A stretch of 63,335 bases of DNA, counting the filler, from Reclinomonas americana ATCC 50394 (Eukaryota): assembly GCA_048213135.1 (NCBI GenBank). It is 14 parts of 14 records of this genome, joined end to end, with 100 filler letters (N's around TTAATTAATTAA, not from the genome) between each part and the next. Parts side by side here need not be neighbours in the genome. Positions count along the whole stretch, not along the records: positions 17,770 to 23,934 come from AFZH01019244.1; positions 24,035 to 26,438 come from AFZH01019245.1; positions 26,539 to 33,768 come from AFZH01019247.1; positions 33,869 to 37,518 come from AFZH01019248.1; 10 more parts are not named here. The stretch is one strand, 5' to 3'. Made by a program: the position numbers and the translations under genes. Shown one piece after another: positions 21,201 through 34,104 of this stretch (position 1 is its first letter; each line of letters starts with the position of its first letter). The notes under the pieces were generated by a model. The model made no database searches. It was given only the letters and a program-made list of their open reading frames with translations, and was not told the origin of the DNA.

Positions 21201-24200
21201 TGTCCTCCACACTGTGTTCCCTTCACGTCGTTGTGCCATGACGCGCGCACGCACGTTGTTTGACTTCTTTCTCTTCTTCACTGTCTCGGTGTGCGTGTCC
21301 TCTACTCTCCATTTCCTTATCGTCGTTGTGCCATGACTCAATTCCCTTCTCGTTCACTCTCATGGTGCATTGTTTTTCTGTACATCGTCTTTGCATTCGC
21401 TGTTGTGGTATCGTCGTTGTCGTGTGCATGGAGATACGCGCGCATGCGTGCGTATCTCAATTGTCTTGTCCAGCTTCGCATTATTCTCTCCTCCCTTCAC
21501 CTCTCTTCCCCTTTCCCTCCCCCTCACCCTTCCCTCTCCCTCACCCTTCCCCCTTCCCCCTTCCCCCTTCTCACCCTTCCCCATTTCGTAGGTGTACGGC
21601 CGCTCGTCCAACCTCGTCCAAGTCTTCCGCCAATTCGACCTTGACGGCAACGGCACGGTCGACCGCGACGAGCTCCGCAACGGCCTCTTTGGCCTGGGCC
21701 TGCAGCTCAACGGTCCCGATTTCGACCGCCTCTACCGCTCCTTTGACAAGGACGGCAGCGGCGAGATTGACTACCAGGAGTTCGCGACGGCCGTGGGCAT
21801 GGGGTGCGTCGAGTTTCCCTCTCTGTTTTCTTGTGTTTTTTCACGCGCTCACACTCTCTTCGCTAACAGCCCGCCTCCACCACCCACCGAGTACGACCTG
21901 TCGGAGCGCCGCGAGTTCACTGGCGGCATCAAGGGCGGTGTCGACGTGAAGATGGATCGCGACAAATCCGACATCTTTTTCGAGGGCGACGTGTCGAAGA
22001 AGGAGGAGGAGCGCATGCGCACCTCGGTCAAGGTCAATTACTACAAGAACAAGACCTCGGACGAGGTCAACCTCAGCCACAATCCGGAGGTGCAGGAGGA
22101 GATGGAGTTCCGCTTCCTCCGCGAGCAGATCATGGACAAGGCCGAGCGCAAGACCGAGCGCATTCGCGACCTGTTCTTGGAGTTTGACGAGAATGGCGAC
22201 GGTGTCATTTCGTACGACGAGTTCCGCCAGGGTCTGCGCAAGCTGGGTGTCAACGCCAAGCCCGTGCAGGTGGAGAAGCTGATTCAGTTGGCCGACGCCG
22301 ACGGCAATGGCGACATTGATTACGCCGAGTTTGTTGACGTGATGCGCTTTGACAAGATGTTGCGTTGCGGGGCAAGAGTGGGAAAGGGTGTTTTGATAAC
22401 TGTGCAATGACAGACAGAGTGCAGAAGTGAGCAGCAGCAGATAGGGAGAGAGAAGTACCAGGGGGGTCTGTGTAGCAAGAGGGCGTGCAAAGCGGGCGAG
22501 AGGCAGAGAGATGTGCTGTGAACCTTTCTCAGCCTTCGAAACCATGAGTGTTTCTTCTTTCAGAAGTTGCATGTGACCTGCGGAGCAAGAGAAAGATGGA
22601 GAATGTGAGTTGCTCCGCCTTGGAAACGATGAGTGGTTCTGTGTTGTGACTAGAGTGCACATGCGAGTGAGAAAGGGATGTACCATGCGCCTTTCCCCAC
22701 TTCGGAACCTCTGTAGTTTCTTTGAAGAAGTGATGGGGAGAGCTGCGAGACTCCTGTCGCCGAAGATGTGCATTCTTTTGACTCGTGGAAGTGAGGGCAA
22801 GCTCAGTGATAATGTCTGTTGTTTGTTGAATGCATGCCACTGTGTTGCCGCTGCTTGATCACTTCCCGTCATATTCCTTTGCTCTTTCCTTCCTCCCCGT
22901 CCTCAATCCTCTTTCCCTTACACCTGCCTCCCAGCCTTTTGGCATCTCTTTTGCTTCTCTCCCCTTGTATCTTCTGTCGCTGTCTCTCGCCCCCTTCCCC
23001 TTCTTCTTACCCTTCCCCTTCCCTCCCTTATCTCCCTTCTCCTTATTCAGTGTGGCCGAGGACCCATTCGCCCAAGCCGCGATGAAGCGCAAGACCGTGC
23101 GCCGCCGCAAGGTCGACTACCCCGGCAACAAGTGCCTCGGTATTCCGACCGACGTGCTGAACCAGCACCCCGAGTACGAGCGCCGTGACTACGAGTTTGC
23201 CTCGTCGCAAGGCGTGTACCAGCTGGTGCCGCTGGTGAAGAAGGGCACTGGACCGACGATTGTCGGACCCGACACGATGACCACCACCGACCGCAAGGAT
23301 TTGCTGCTGCGCCGCAAGATCACTGTTGCGTGGCATGACAATGATGATGTTGTGGTTGTTGTAATGACTGTTGTAACACTCACACTGTTTTTTTCCCCAA
23401 CAACAGGAGAAACTGTGGGGCCGTGACGACCGCCTGCGCGACATGTTCCAGCGCTTTGACAAGCGTGGCGAGGGTCACATTACGTACCCCGAGTTCCGCG
23501 ACGGCCTCAACTCTCTGGGCGTGGAGCTCACGATTCCCGAGTTTGAGCGCCTGGTCACCTACATTGACGCCGACAAGTCGGGCACGATCGAGTACAGCGA
23601 GTTTGTCACTCTGGTGCGCCCCGCCGGCGGCGACGACGCGCCCGGCTCGCCCGTGCGCGTGCCCGACCACCTCAAGTCGTCGCTGAGTGGCGCGGCTGGA
23701 GCGGTGGCTGACGACGCGGGACCGCGACGAAAGATGACGCGCCAGGATCTGATGCTGAAGCGCCGCATTGCCGATCGCATTACGCAGAAGACGGCCGACA
23801 TTCGCCGCGTGTTCCAGCAGTTTGACACGGACGGCAATGGCAGCTTGGATCTCGACGAGTTCCGCAGTGGACTGGAGAGTTTGGGTGCGTGAATTGGAGA
23901 GGGGACGGGAAGAGAGGGCAAGGGAAGAGAGAGGNNNNNNNNNNNNNNNNNNNNNNNNNNNNNNNNNNNNNNNNNNNNTTAATTAATTAANNNNNNNNNN
24001 NNNNNNNNNNNNNNNNNNNNNNNNNNNNNNNNNNAGTTTCTCCTTTCTGCCATTTCTCCACTCTGCGTCCTCTCCACTCTGCGTCCTCTCTCTTTGTTCT
24101 CACAACGCCGTTTTCTTTGCATTCTGCATACTCCTCACTCTGTGTTTTCTCGACTCTTGTTTCTCCACTCTCCGTTCTCTCCACTCTCTGTTCTCTCCAT

Positions 24201-25803
24201 GCTTATGTTGTCTCCACTCTGTTTTTCCATTCTGTCTCTCTCCACTCTGCGTTCTCTTCCCTACGCTTATCCTTCTCCTCTTACCCCCCTCTCCCTTCCC
24301 TTCCCCTTCTCGGTAGGTCTGGCCTTCTCCGACACCGACTTCGGCCAAATCGTGCAAATCTTTGACGAAGACGGCTCCGGCAACATCACCTACGACGAGT
24401 TCGCCGACCTCATCACCCACGACGACTCGGACCTGTCGGGCCGCGACAAGACGGTGCGACGACAGCAGCCGTCGTCGGCGCTCTTTTTCGAGTCCAAGGA
24501 GGAGCGTCGCGACCGCGAGGTCCGCAAGGCGCTGCAGGGCAAATTCGAGACCAAGGTCACCACCGTCAGCAACATGTTCCGCGAGTGGGACGAGAACGGC
24601 GACGGTGTCGTCAACCGCGAGGAGTTCCGCTCCGGCGTCCAGCGCCTCGGCATCCAACTGACCGACGAGGAGATTGATCGTGTCATTCGCGCGTGCGATG
24701 TCGACGGCAATGGCACGATTGATTTGCCCGAGTTTGCCAAGTATTTCACGGAGAATGCCGACGTGCCGGTGCAGGCGCAGATTGCGGCCGAGGATGTGGC
24801 CGCACAGCAGCGCGCCATTCCGCGCCAGCTGCAGTCGCACTTTGGCAGTGGCTCGCTCGGCTCTGGCGTGCCGGTGTTTGAGGAGGAGAAGACGGCTTCG
24901 CGCAAGGGACGCGGTGCGGCCAATGCCGCCGGTGTCACCGACTCGCCCAGCAGCTCGGGCCAGCAGACACCTGCTGAGCCGGCGGAGGAGGTGGTGAATG
25001 TGTCGGCCGACGGCACCCCGCGCCGCAGCTCTCCGGGCTCATCTCCACGTCGCAACTCGCCGGGTGACTCGCCCGACTCACAGTCGTCGCTGCGAGAGCG
25101 CCGCTTGGCGGCACTGGCTCAGCTGACGCTGGACGCGGAGCCGGCGGGACCACCGTTGCGTGCATCAATCCCACTTCCCTTTATCTCAATTCCAACTTTG
25201 GTTGCTCATGTACGATGGTTGCGTTCCACAGAGTTCCGTTTGCGTTGGACCCGACCGCGTCGGTGGCCGCCGCCTCGGACCCAGTAGCCAAGGTGCTGAA
25301 GGGCGAGTTGGTGGAGGTCACGGAGAACCGACCGGCCAAGATCCGCGAGGCCTTCCGTGCCATGGACAAGGCGCACTCAGGTCTGCTCGGCGAGGCCGAA
25401 TTCCGTCAGGCGCTGACCAGCTGCGGAGTGCGAGCTCCCGACTGGGTCATGGACCGCGCTGTGGCACTGTCCGACGTCGGCCAAGGCAACCACGACTACG
25501 ACCGCTTCCTCAAGTCGCTCGGCTTCGAGCTGATTCGCGACGAGAAGCAGTTCTTCTCGGGCCTGCGCGATCTGCGACGCAGCATCCCCTCGAACGAGGA
25601 GGGCGGCTACTTTGAGGAGGCCTCACCGCGTACGACCGCGCGCACTCCACGTGGAGCGAGCCCGCGCTACCGCTCCAACCCGCTGGACAGCGGCAACATT
25701 ATCGGCCACACGGACGAGGTTCGCTCATGTGATTTCCCGCGAGCGCGCAAGGGTCATCCGCAGTATGATCCGACTCCGTCGCCGTTGCACAAGACGCACC
25801 CGG
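17804..25803 (+). CDS. Very large multi-EF-hand calcium-binding protein (both ends incomplete)
   Basis: Canonical loops include DLDGNGTVDRDE, DKDGSGEIDYQE, DENGDGVISYDE, DADGNGDIDYAE, DADKSGTIEYSE, DTDGNGSLDLDE, DEDGSGNITYDE and DVDGNGTIDLPE. Exons join in phase, including across the gap at 23935. Confidence 0.9.
18745..19135. repeat. 12-bp minisatellite (ctccccacctcR) in an intron
   Basis: Roughly 30 variant copies are visible. Confidence 0.9.
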
Positions 25804-26837
25804 TGAGTCGCGGGGTTTTGGAGGGAAAGCGAGGGAGAAGAGAGGGGGAAAGAAGGGGGAAGTGAGGAGAAAGAGAGGGAGAAAAGAGTGGGGAAGAGAG
25901 GAGAAAGGGCTTTGTTGCTGTGGCGAATTGCTTCGCTCTCTCGCTTTGTTTGTCTGCTCAACCCAAATCTGAATCTCCATTCTGCTCTTGCCTCACTTTA
26001 TTACCCGCGTCTTTGGTTTTCTCTCTATTCCACCTCTCCCTTTATCGAGGAAGAGTGAGTAAGTGTGTGAGACGGAGACTTTGTGAGAACAAGCGAGTGA
26101 ATGAGAGAGAGAGAACAAGTAAGTTGTTTGTACCTTCTCTCTGTCTCCCTCTCCAGTTGTTTTGTTTCTCTCTGCACGTCTGCACCCTCTGATGCATGTC
26201 TCTTTTTTCTCCTCTCCTTGTGTATCTCGATCTTGTTGTCTCGCCTCTCTTTCACTCTCGCGCCCTCTCAACTAGCAAGCAACACACTCACTTACCGTGT
26301 TCGTGTATGCGAGGGAGATAGTGATTGCTTGATGTCCAGATGTTCACGCACGCTCTGTCACTCTCCAATAATACCGATTTCTTACTTTCTGCTTCTCCTC
26401 CGCCTCTCTTCTCACTTCCCCATTCCCTCCCCTCCCCCNNNNNNNNNNNNNNNNNNNNNNNNNNNNNNNNNNNNNNNNNNNNTTAATTAATTAANNNNNN
26501 NNNNNNNNNNNNNNNNNNNNNNNNNNNNNNNNNNNNNNTGTTCTTCTTCTTGTTCTTCTTCTCCTCCTCCTCCTCCTCCTCCTCCTCCTCCTCTTCCTTT
26601 GTTTCTTCTTCTCTCTCCTTCTTCTTCTTCTGTTCTTGTTCATCTCCTTCTCCTCCTTATTATTCTTGTTCTTCTCCCTCTTCTTCTCTTTTTCTTCTTC
26701 TTCTCCTCTCTCCTCGTCCTCCTCCTCCTCCTCCTCCTCTCCCCTTCTCCTGTCGCCCCTCCTCCTTGTCCTTTCCCTTTTCCTTTCCCTTTTCCTTTCC
26801 CTTTGCCCTCCCCTCACCCCTTCCACCCACCTCGCAG

Positions 26838-27969
26838 AACGTGGGCTCCATCAACCGCGGCGAAGAGACCGCCCCCGACCGCCACTTGCGCGCCGGCGCC
26901 CGCGCTCTCGGCATGCCCTTTGTTCGCTTCATCCCCACTCATCGTTGCGCGCCTTGCGTTCTTCTTCTTCTCTCCCCCATCCTTTGATAACTATTTGCTG
27001 AGCTCCACTCTCCCCACCCAGCCGCGTACTTTGGCAACGCGATACTCACCCGCCTCCCCGTTCTCAAGTTCGCCTGGACCCACATTCCCGAGGTCGCCGT
27101 GCCACCGACCTCGTCGTACGCCGACTATGGCGATCGCTCAGTGGCCGCCGTGCGCGTGCTGCTCGGCGACGGGCACGTGGTGAACGTGGTGTCGACGCAC
27201 TTGGATCACCGCACCGAGGACATTCGAGTGGGCCAGATGCGTTTCGTGAGCGAGTGGATGCGCGAGTTTGCGGCGGCGCCCAACGACGACGGCTCGTTGG
27301 TGGGGGTGAACGCTCCGTGCTTGGTGGTGGGCGACTTGAACTCGCTGCGTCGTGCCGACTATGACGAGGAGCAATGGGCGCTCGTCAGGCGTGGTCGCAA
27401 GAAAGCAGTGATTGAGCCGGCGCGCTTCGAGGTGGTGCAGCTGATGGAGGAGGAGATGCAGTGGGTGGACTGTGCTCGCGTCGTGGCGCCGTGTGTGGGG
27501 GAGGTGAGGAGAATGAGAGGGGGAGAGAGATCATAGAAGGTGCTGCTTGTGCGACCTGCTGCTCTAGGGAAACAGAAGCTGACTTGCTGAGTGCGACGGT
27601 TGTGGTGTTGATGTGATGTTGATGATGCAGGCACGCTCGTGGGAGACAGTGGCGAGTCCGCCGTGGCCACAGTTGCGTCCGTGGGCGACTGTCAGCCCGC
27701 CGGGCAATTTCTTCTTCAACGTGGCCACCTGCTGGGTTGGCACGCGCGTTGATTACGTGTTTGTGACACCCGACTGGAGCCTGCCGGTGGTGTCGTGCGC
27801 GCCGGCCGACAATCGCAGCGCGGATCACTTGCCACTCATTGCGGAGTTTGCGGTGCCGGAGGGCGGTGAAGCCGTGATGGCAGTAGCAGCACCACAAGCA
27901 GTGGAAGCAGAGGAAGTGGCGGTACCACAACAGGGTCGTTTACAAGAGGAAAATCCTCACGTTGTCTAG
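26838..27969 (+). CDS. EEP family protein (5' truncated)
   Basis: Spliced motifs YFGNAILTRLP, STHLDH, VVGDLN, RVDYVF and ADHLPL. Confidence 0.88.
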
Positions 27970-30900
27970 CAAATATATGTGAAGCACTGCGGTCCTGAAT
28001 AGCACTGCGCGCGGAACGACGTTAAAATCCATGAAGAGGATGGATGTTAGGGGATAACAGAAGCAGACCTTGCTGCACGATTCGCACTTGCTGCCAGTGT
28101 ATTGGACCTGCGGGAGAGAGAGAGAGAGAATGATAACGTAAGTCGCCGCGCCTGCCGACGTTGCGCAATCTCTTTCTCTTTCTCTCTCTACAACACACAA
28201 CCTCGTTGGAAATAATCGCACGTTGCAGTCTCTGTCGTTATCTATGCGCTGTTGCAAGGAAACAACCACAATACCTTCGCTTTCTACGCCATGTACTTCC
28301 TCTTCCTTTCTACCACCGATCTCTTCTTCCTCTTCTTCTCACATTTTCTCATTCCTCATCTCTCGCCAATAAAAACATTGCACACGGAGATGCCGGAAGC
28401 CCTTCTTCCGCTCTTTCCCTCTCTCGCCACGTGTACCATATCCCAGCTCCACAATACCCACTGCGAACACAACAGCTAACCATTTCTCCCCGCCACTTCC
28501 CCACCATGCACCGTCTCTTCTTCCCATTCTCATTTCTCGTCTTTCCCCACACCGCACTGCACACACAGTTACCAGAATCTTCCCCCCGCTCATCCTGCCT
28601 TAATTCGCACTCTGTCTTTTTCACTCTTTCTCCTCGTTTCAGTCCTCCATCCGTCTTCCACTCTTTTCCCATCTCTTCCTCCCTTCCCCTCATCTCTCCC
28701 GTCCACGCAACATTACACACACAGTTACCGGCCGCGTTGCACTGGCCGCGACCACCGCATGTCTCAACAGGCCGACAGCTGCAATCTGGTCCGCCGTACC
28801 TACACCACACATACGGAAATGTGAGATTACTGCAGTCAACACTGAGCAAGTGGCCTGCACAAACAAACCCTGTGTAGCACTTGCAAGTTCCTGCGAATAA
28901 CAAACAACACTCTCAGTTCAGCACAGCACCACATTACGCCCTACACAAAAGCACAGGCAAACGCACCGTCGGGGTTGCAAGTACCACCATTAGAGCAGGT
29001 GATCTGAGCCGAGCACTGAGTCTGCGAGGGAGCAATTTCGTTGTCAGAACTAGCTATAAATTTGGAGTGGGAAGCAGGCCGGCTCACCGCTGGTGCCGTC
29101 TCGCAGCTGGTGCCGGTGTAACCGGTCTTGCACACGCAGCCGGTGCCTGTGAGGCCATCCGAGCAGGAAGCGGTGCCCGTTGATGAGCTGCACACCTGGG
29201 TGAGTGGAAACTACACAATACTACAAAGCAAGACACCGTCACCACACCATGAGGAGCACTGCAGCAGTAAAGCACAACGAATGAGCTCGATATGCGCACA
29301 ACAACAATCACTCATCAAGAAGAAACCACACCTTGCCAGCGCAAGACGCGCCAAAATAGCCAGCCGCGCATTGGTTGCAGGCGGCGCCAGCAAAGCCCAC
29401 ATCGCACGTGCTGCGAGAGAGAGAGAGAGAAAAATTGCAGTGATGAGAATGAGAGTCAGCGGCGAATGCATCATTGAAAGGTGAATACAGACCAGGTGCC
29501 AGCCGAAGTGCAAGTTCCGCGACTGGAGCATGTTCCGGCACGCGAGCATGCGCACGTCGGACCACTGTAGCCAGTGTTGCATGAGCAACCACCAGTGGAT
29601 CCACTGACGCACGTGGCGGTGCCGAGAGTCGAGCACTCGGCGCACGAGCGATCGCAGAATGAACCCCAGAATCCCGACTTGCACACGCAGCCAGTGGAGC
29701 CGCAGGAGGCGGTGTTGGCGGCCACGCTGTGGGGTCGAGTAAGAATTCACAACCACCATCTCACTCTCCTCCTCCCCCCACAAGAAACTCACCATGTGGA
29801 GCACGTGAGGGTGCACGAGGCACCGAAGAAACCCGCAGCACAGCCACTGCAACTGGCGCCGCCATAGTTGCCCGTGCACACACAGCTACCGTCAGCCTGT
29901 GCGACACCACGACCGGAGCATGTGGTGGCATCCGCGTATTGACACAGCGGTCCGGCGGTACCAGCGGGGCACGAGCATTTTCCGTCGCCAGCAATGCCCT
30001 GGCGGCAAGTGCCACCATTCTGACACACGGGGCACTGACCGCTGCAGTCGGCACCGAATCGGCCGGCGGTGCACTCGCTGCAGGAGGTGTTGCCTTGCCA
30101 TGCCGAGTTGCACACGCATGAGCCAGTTGCTGAGCATGTACCTCGTCCGTTGCTACTCACCAAGAGAGGAGTGTGAGTTGCGCGTGCAGTGCTCCACGAG
30201 AGCGAACAACTCACCATGTGGTGGCCGGCACACAGACGACGGCAAGCGAGCAATCGGCCTTGGTGGAGCCATTGATGCACAAGCACGCACCAGTGTCTGT
30301 ATCATGCAGGCGAGGTGAGCCACATAGACTTCTCCAAACTGCACATCGCGTCAAACGCAACTGAGACACAAGCCACCGCCGGAGCAATTGACGGCTGGGT
30401 CGCACGGTGTGGGATTCTGCACGCGCATGAACAGGATGAGGAAAAAGAGGGAAGCAGCCACAGCATCTCAGCATGAAATGTAGTACCCACCGCCACGTAG
30501 GTTCGGCAATTGGGGAACTGCAGAGGGAATCGAGTGAGGGGAGACAGAGAAAAGGAGGACAGTGCAGAATCACAAAAGTCACCTCCGAGGCAACATAGTT
30601 GCGGGCACAGGCGTTGCAGTTGGGTCCCTGTGTGCGCGAGGACGTGAGAACAGGACATACATGCACATGGCGCCACCTCCATGAACGCACCTGATACTGC
30701 ACGTTGCAAAGGCAGGTGCCATCGGCCTGGCAGTTGCCACCCGGCTGATTGCAATCGGTGTGCGTCTTGCATGCGGAGGTCACTGGCGCCTGGTCGCACA
30801 GCGTGCTGGTGTAACCTGTCTTGCACAAACAGCCGCCGGTGAAGCCGGTGGTGCATGAGGAGGTGCCCGTTGCGGAGCTGCGAGGGGAGGGAAAGACGAA

Positions 30901-33651
30901 CGCAATCAGAAAAGAGAGCGAAAGGAGACAGCATCGAGCTCTATTCAACAGCGCGTGTCAGCTATTGCTATAGTTCCCTGCTGCTGCTCCTCCTTCTCCT
31001 CCACCTTCCTCCTTCTTTCACTCACCACTCCGAGCACTGCCTGCTGCAAGTGGAGCCCCAGAAGCCAGAAGCGCACTGATTGCAAGTGGATCCACTGAAA
31101 CTGCTCGTGCACTGGCAAGTGACGGCGCCCGCCGTTCCAACAGCGCACGTTCCGCGACCGTTGCTGTGATTGCGTGAAGCAAAATCAGCAATCAATCAAA
31201 CCACAGTCGTAGTTCACCAAGTACAGACCACCATACGGCTGGGTCACACACGCCACAATTGGCTGATGTCCATCCCGAATCGCACAAACACGTGCTGTCA
31301 GCCTTGCACGTGCCGCGGCCGGAGCAAGTGGTGAGCGCTGAGCAGGTGGGTGTGGCGGTGGCGCACAGAGGGCCCGAGAAGCCCGTTGGGCACACACAGG
31401 TACCGTCGCCTGCGGAGCCGTCCTTGCATGTGCCACCGTTCAGGCAGGTTGGGCACACACCTGCGTGTCAAACAAAGGACGCCAGGTGAGCTGCACTTTC
31501 TCGTCCTCCTTCTTCCTTACTTTCTCTCTCTCCCTCCCGTCTTCCCTCCCTTTCTTCCCCCTCCTCCCGGCAACTCACCAGAGCACGCCGGTCCCCATGA
31601 ACCCGGATTGCACTGGCAGGTGTTGTCGGCATTGCAAGTACCCTTGCCGGAGCACGTCGTGGCGGCCGAGCAAGCTGCACACAAATTTCAGCACAACATC
31701 CACAGTAGTTTTTCCCTCCCGCCGTACCAGCGATTTCGGTAATGGTGAACGACTTGGTGAAGGTGAGGCCGCCGGCATCGGTGGCCGTCAGCATCACCTG
31801 CAAGTCGCCGCGCACACCGTCCGAGTTGAGAATCAGCTGGCCGTTCACCAGCCGCACCGGTAGCGCCAATGACGCCGTGTCGCCCACATCGGGATCCTGC
31901 ACGGTGATGGAGCCAATGGCGCTTCCGGCGGCGCCACCAGCCGAGTACGTCTGCGAGGAGAGGAGAATGGCGGTGGGAGGGTTCTTCCCGGCCGGCGCTA
32001 CAGCGCAAGCAGCACCACTCCATCCACCGGTGCACGCGCAAGTGACTGCGCCACCAGTTCCGACAGAGCACGTGCCGTGTCCATTGCTGCAAAAGGGTGA
32101 TGAGGGGTCGGAGAGAGACAGAGTGGTGGTGGGACGAAGAAGACGAACCAGACAACGGCGGCGTTGCAAGTGTTGCACGTCGCTCCTGTCCACGCCGACT
32201 GGCAGGTGCAGGCAAGAGTGGCCTGCGAAGACCCTGTGCATGTGCCGCGTCCATTGCTGCGAAGTGAAAAGAGTGAGTGGAGAACGGCGACAATGCAAAG
32301 GATAAAGAGAGTACACACCACTGCACGACAGGGTCACAAGTGTCGCACTTGACACCAGTCCATCCCGTGGTGCAAGCGCACGAAACGGCGCCAGTGACGG
32401 GTGCAACAGAACAGGTGCCATTGCCGGAGCTGCAGGAACAAGGGAAGCATGAGGAAAGAGAGCTGTTGGAATCATGCGGGCAGCGTTGGGTCACAGCACG
32501 CACCATGTGGCCGCTGAATCGCAAGTGCCGCACGACGTGCCAGTCCATCCCGACTGGCATGTGCAGGTGACGGCACCCGATGTTGTATTCACTGCGCACG
32601 TGCCGCGATTGTTGCTGCAGCAATGGAAGAGGTGAGACCATGAAACAACAGCAGCGGCAACACACGCATCAATCGTACCAGAAGAAAGCCGGATTGCAAA
32701 CACTGCAGTTTGGCACCACGTCGAAGCCGGCATTGCAGGTGCAAGTGTTGTCGGTGTTGCACGTGCCGCGACCGGAGCACGTGGTGGTGGCACTGCACAC
32801 AACTGCACACAGCTTGAGGTGAAGGCGGCTCCCGTCATTCTCCGATATCACGGTGACTCACCAGTTGTCGTGGCACAAGTTGGTCCCTCGAAGCCGCTGC
32901 TGCACACACAAGTTCCATCGCTTTGCGCCTTGCCGTGGCCCGAACACGTCGTCGCGTCGCTGTACTGGCACAGGGCGCCAGCAAAGCCGGTCTTGCACAC
33001 GCATCCAGTGCCTGTGATGCCCTGGTTGCAAGTCGAGGTGCCCGAGGCCGAGCTGCGAAGAGCACGTGAGTAGCGGCAAGAGGCGGGCGAGTCAATTCAT
33101 ATCAGGAACACGCTCACCAACTGGCGCAGGAGCCACTGCAAGTGCTCCCGAAGAATCCAGTCAGGCAGGCACTGCACGACGATCCAGTGTAGTTTCCTGT
33201 GCACGAGCAGGTGCCGGTGCTCGAGACAGTTCCGCGGCCGGAGCATGTCACCGCATCGCTGAACTGGCACTGCGCACCGGCGTAACCGGTCTTGCAAACG
33301 CAGCCGGCACCAGTGATGCCTTCGACGCACTGCGAGAGGCCGGAGGCGACACTGGCGCGCGAGAGTGCACGAGTGAGCCAGACGTGAAACAGTGCCTCCA
33401 CTGCTTGCCACCACACTCACCATGCTGAGCACTGACCGCTGCACGTCGACCCAAAGAAACCAGCGCTGCACTGCGAGCACGTGGTGCCCGTGTAATTGCC
33501 GGAGCACACGCAGGAGCCGTTGGTCTGCGCCGTTCCGCGACCCGTGCACGTGGTGGCATCAGTGTACTGGCACAGTGGACCGGCGGCACCAGTCTTGCAC
33601 ACGCAGCCACCAGTGAACGAGCTGGCGCACGACTGCGAGTTGGCGGCCACG
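27940..33651 (-). CDS. EGF/laminin-EGF repeat array with one cadherin-like domain (probably the 3' half of the subtilase gene); 3' end uncertain
   Basis: Many exons of the form CSGRGTC...C.C..G..G..C. Domain NPPTAILLS...ITVQDPDVGD...TATDAGGLTFTKSFTI lies at about 31735-31985. Confidence 0.85.
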
Positions 33652-33698
33652 CTGTAAAGCAGTGCTGTGTGAGCAAGGGCCACAAAGATGTGAAAGAC

Positions 33699-33762
<64 letters not shown>

Positions 33763-34104
33763 AGCTCGNNNNNNNNNNNNNNNNNNNNNNNNNNNNNNNN
33801 NNNNNNNNNNNNTTAATTAATTAANNNNNNNNNNNNNNNNNNNNNNNNNNNNNNNNNNNNNNNNNNNNAGAGAAGAGAAGAGAAGAGAAGAGAAAGGAAA
33901 AAGAGAAAGTCAATCGAAGTGAAAATAAGCGAAAGAAAAGAAGAGAGGAGAAGCAGAAAGAACAATGAAGCACAAGAGAGACAAGCTGACAATAGACAAA
34001 ACGGGAAGTGCGCACACGAGAGAGAGAGAGAGAGGAGAAGAAGGGAAAGTGGAGTATTTCAATGAGTACATTCCCCTCTTGATGCAGTCGCTTGACGCAC
34101 AAAC

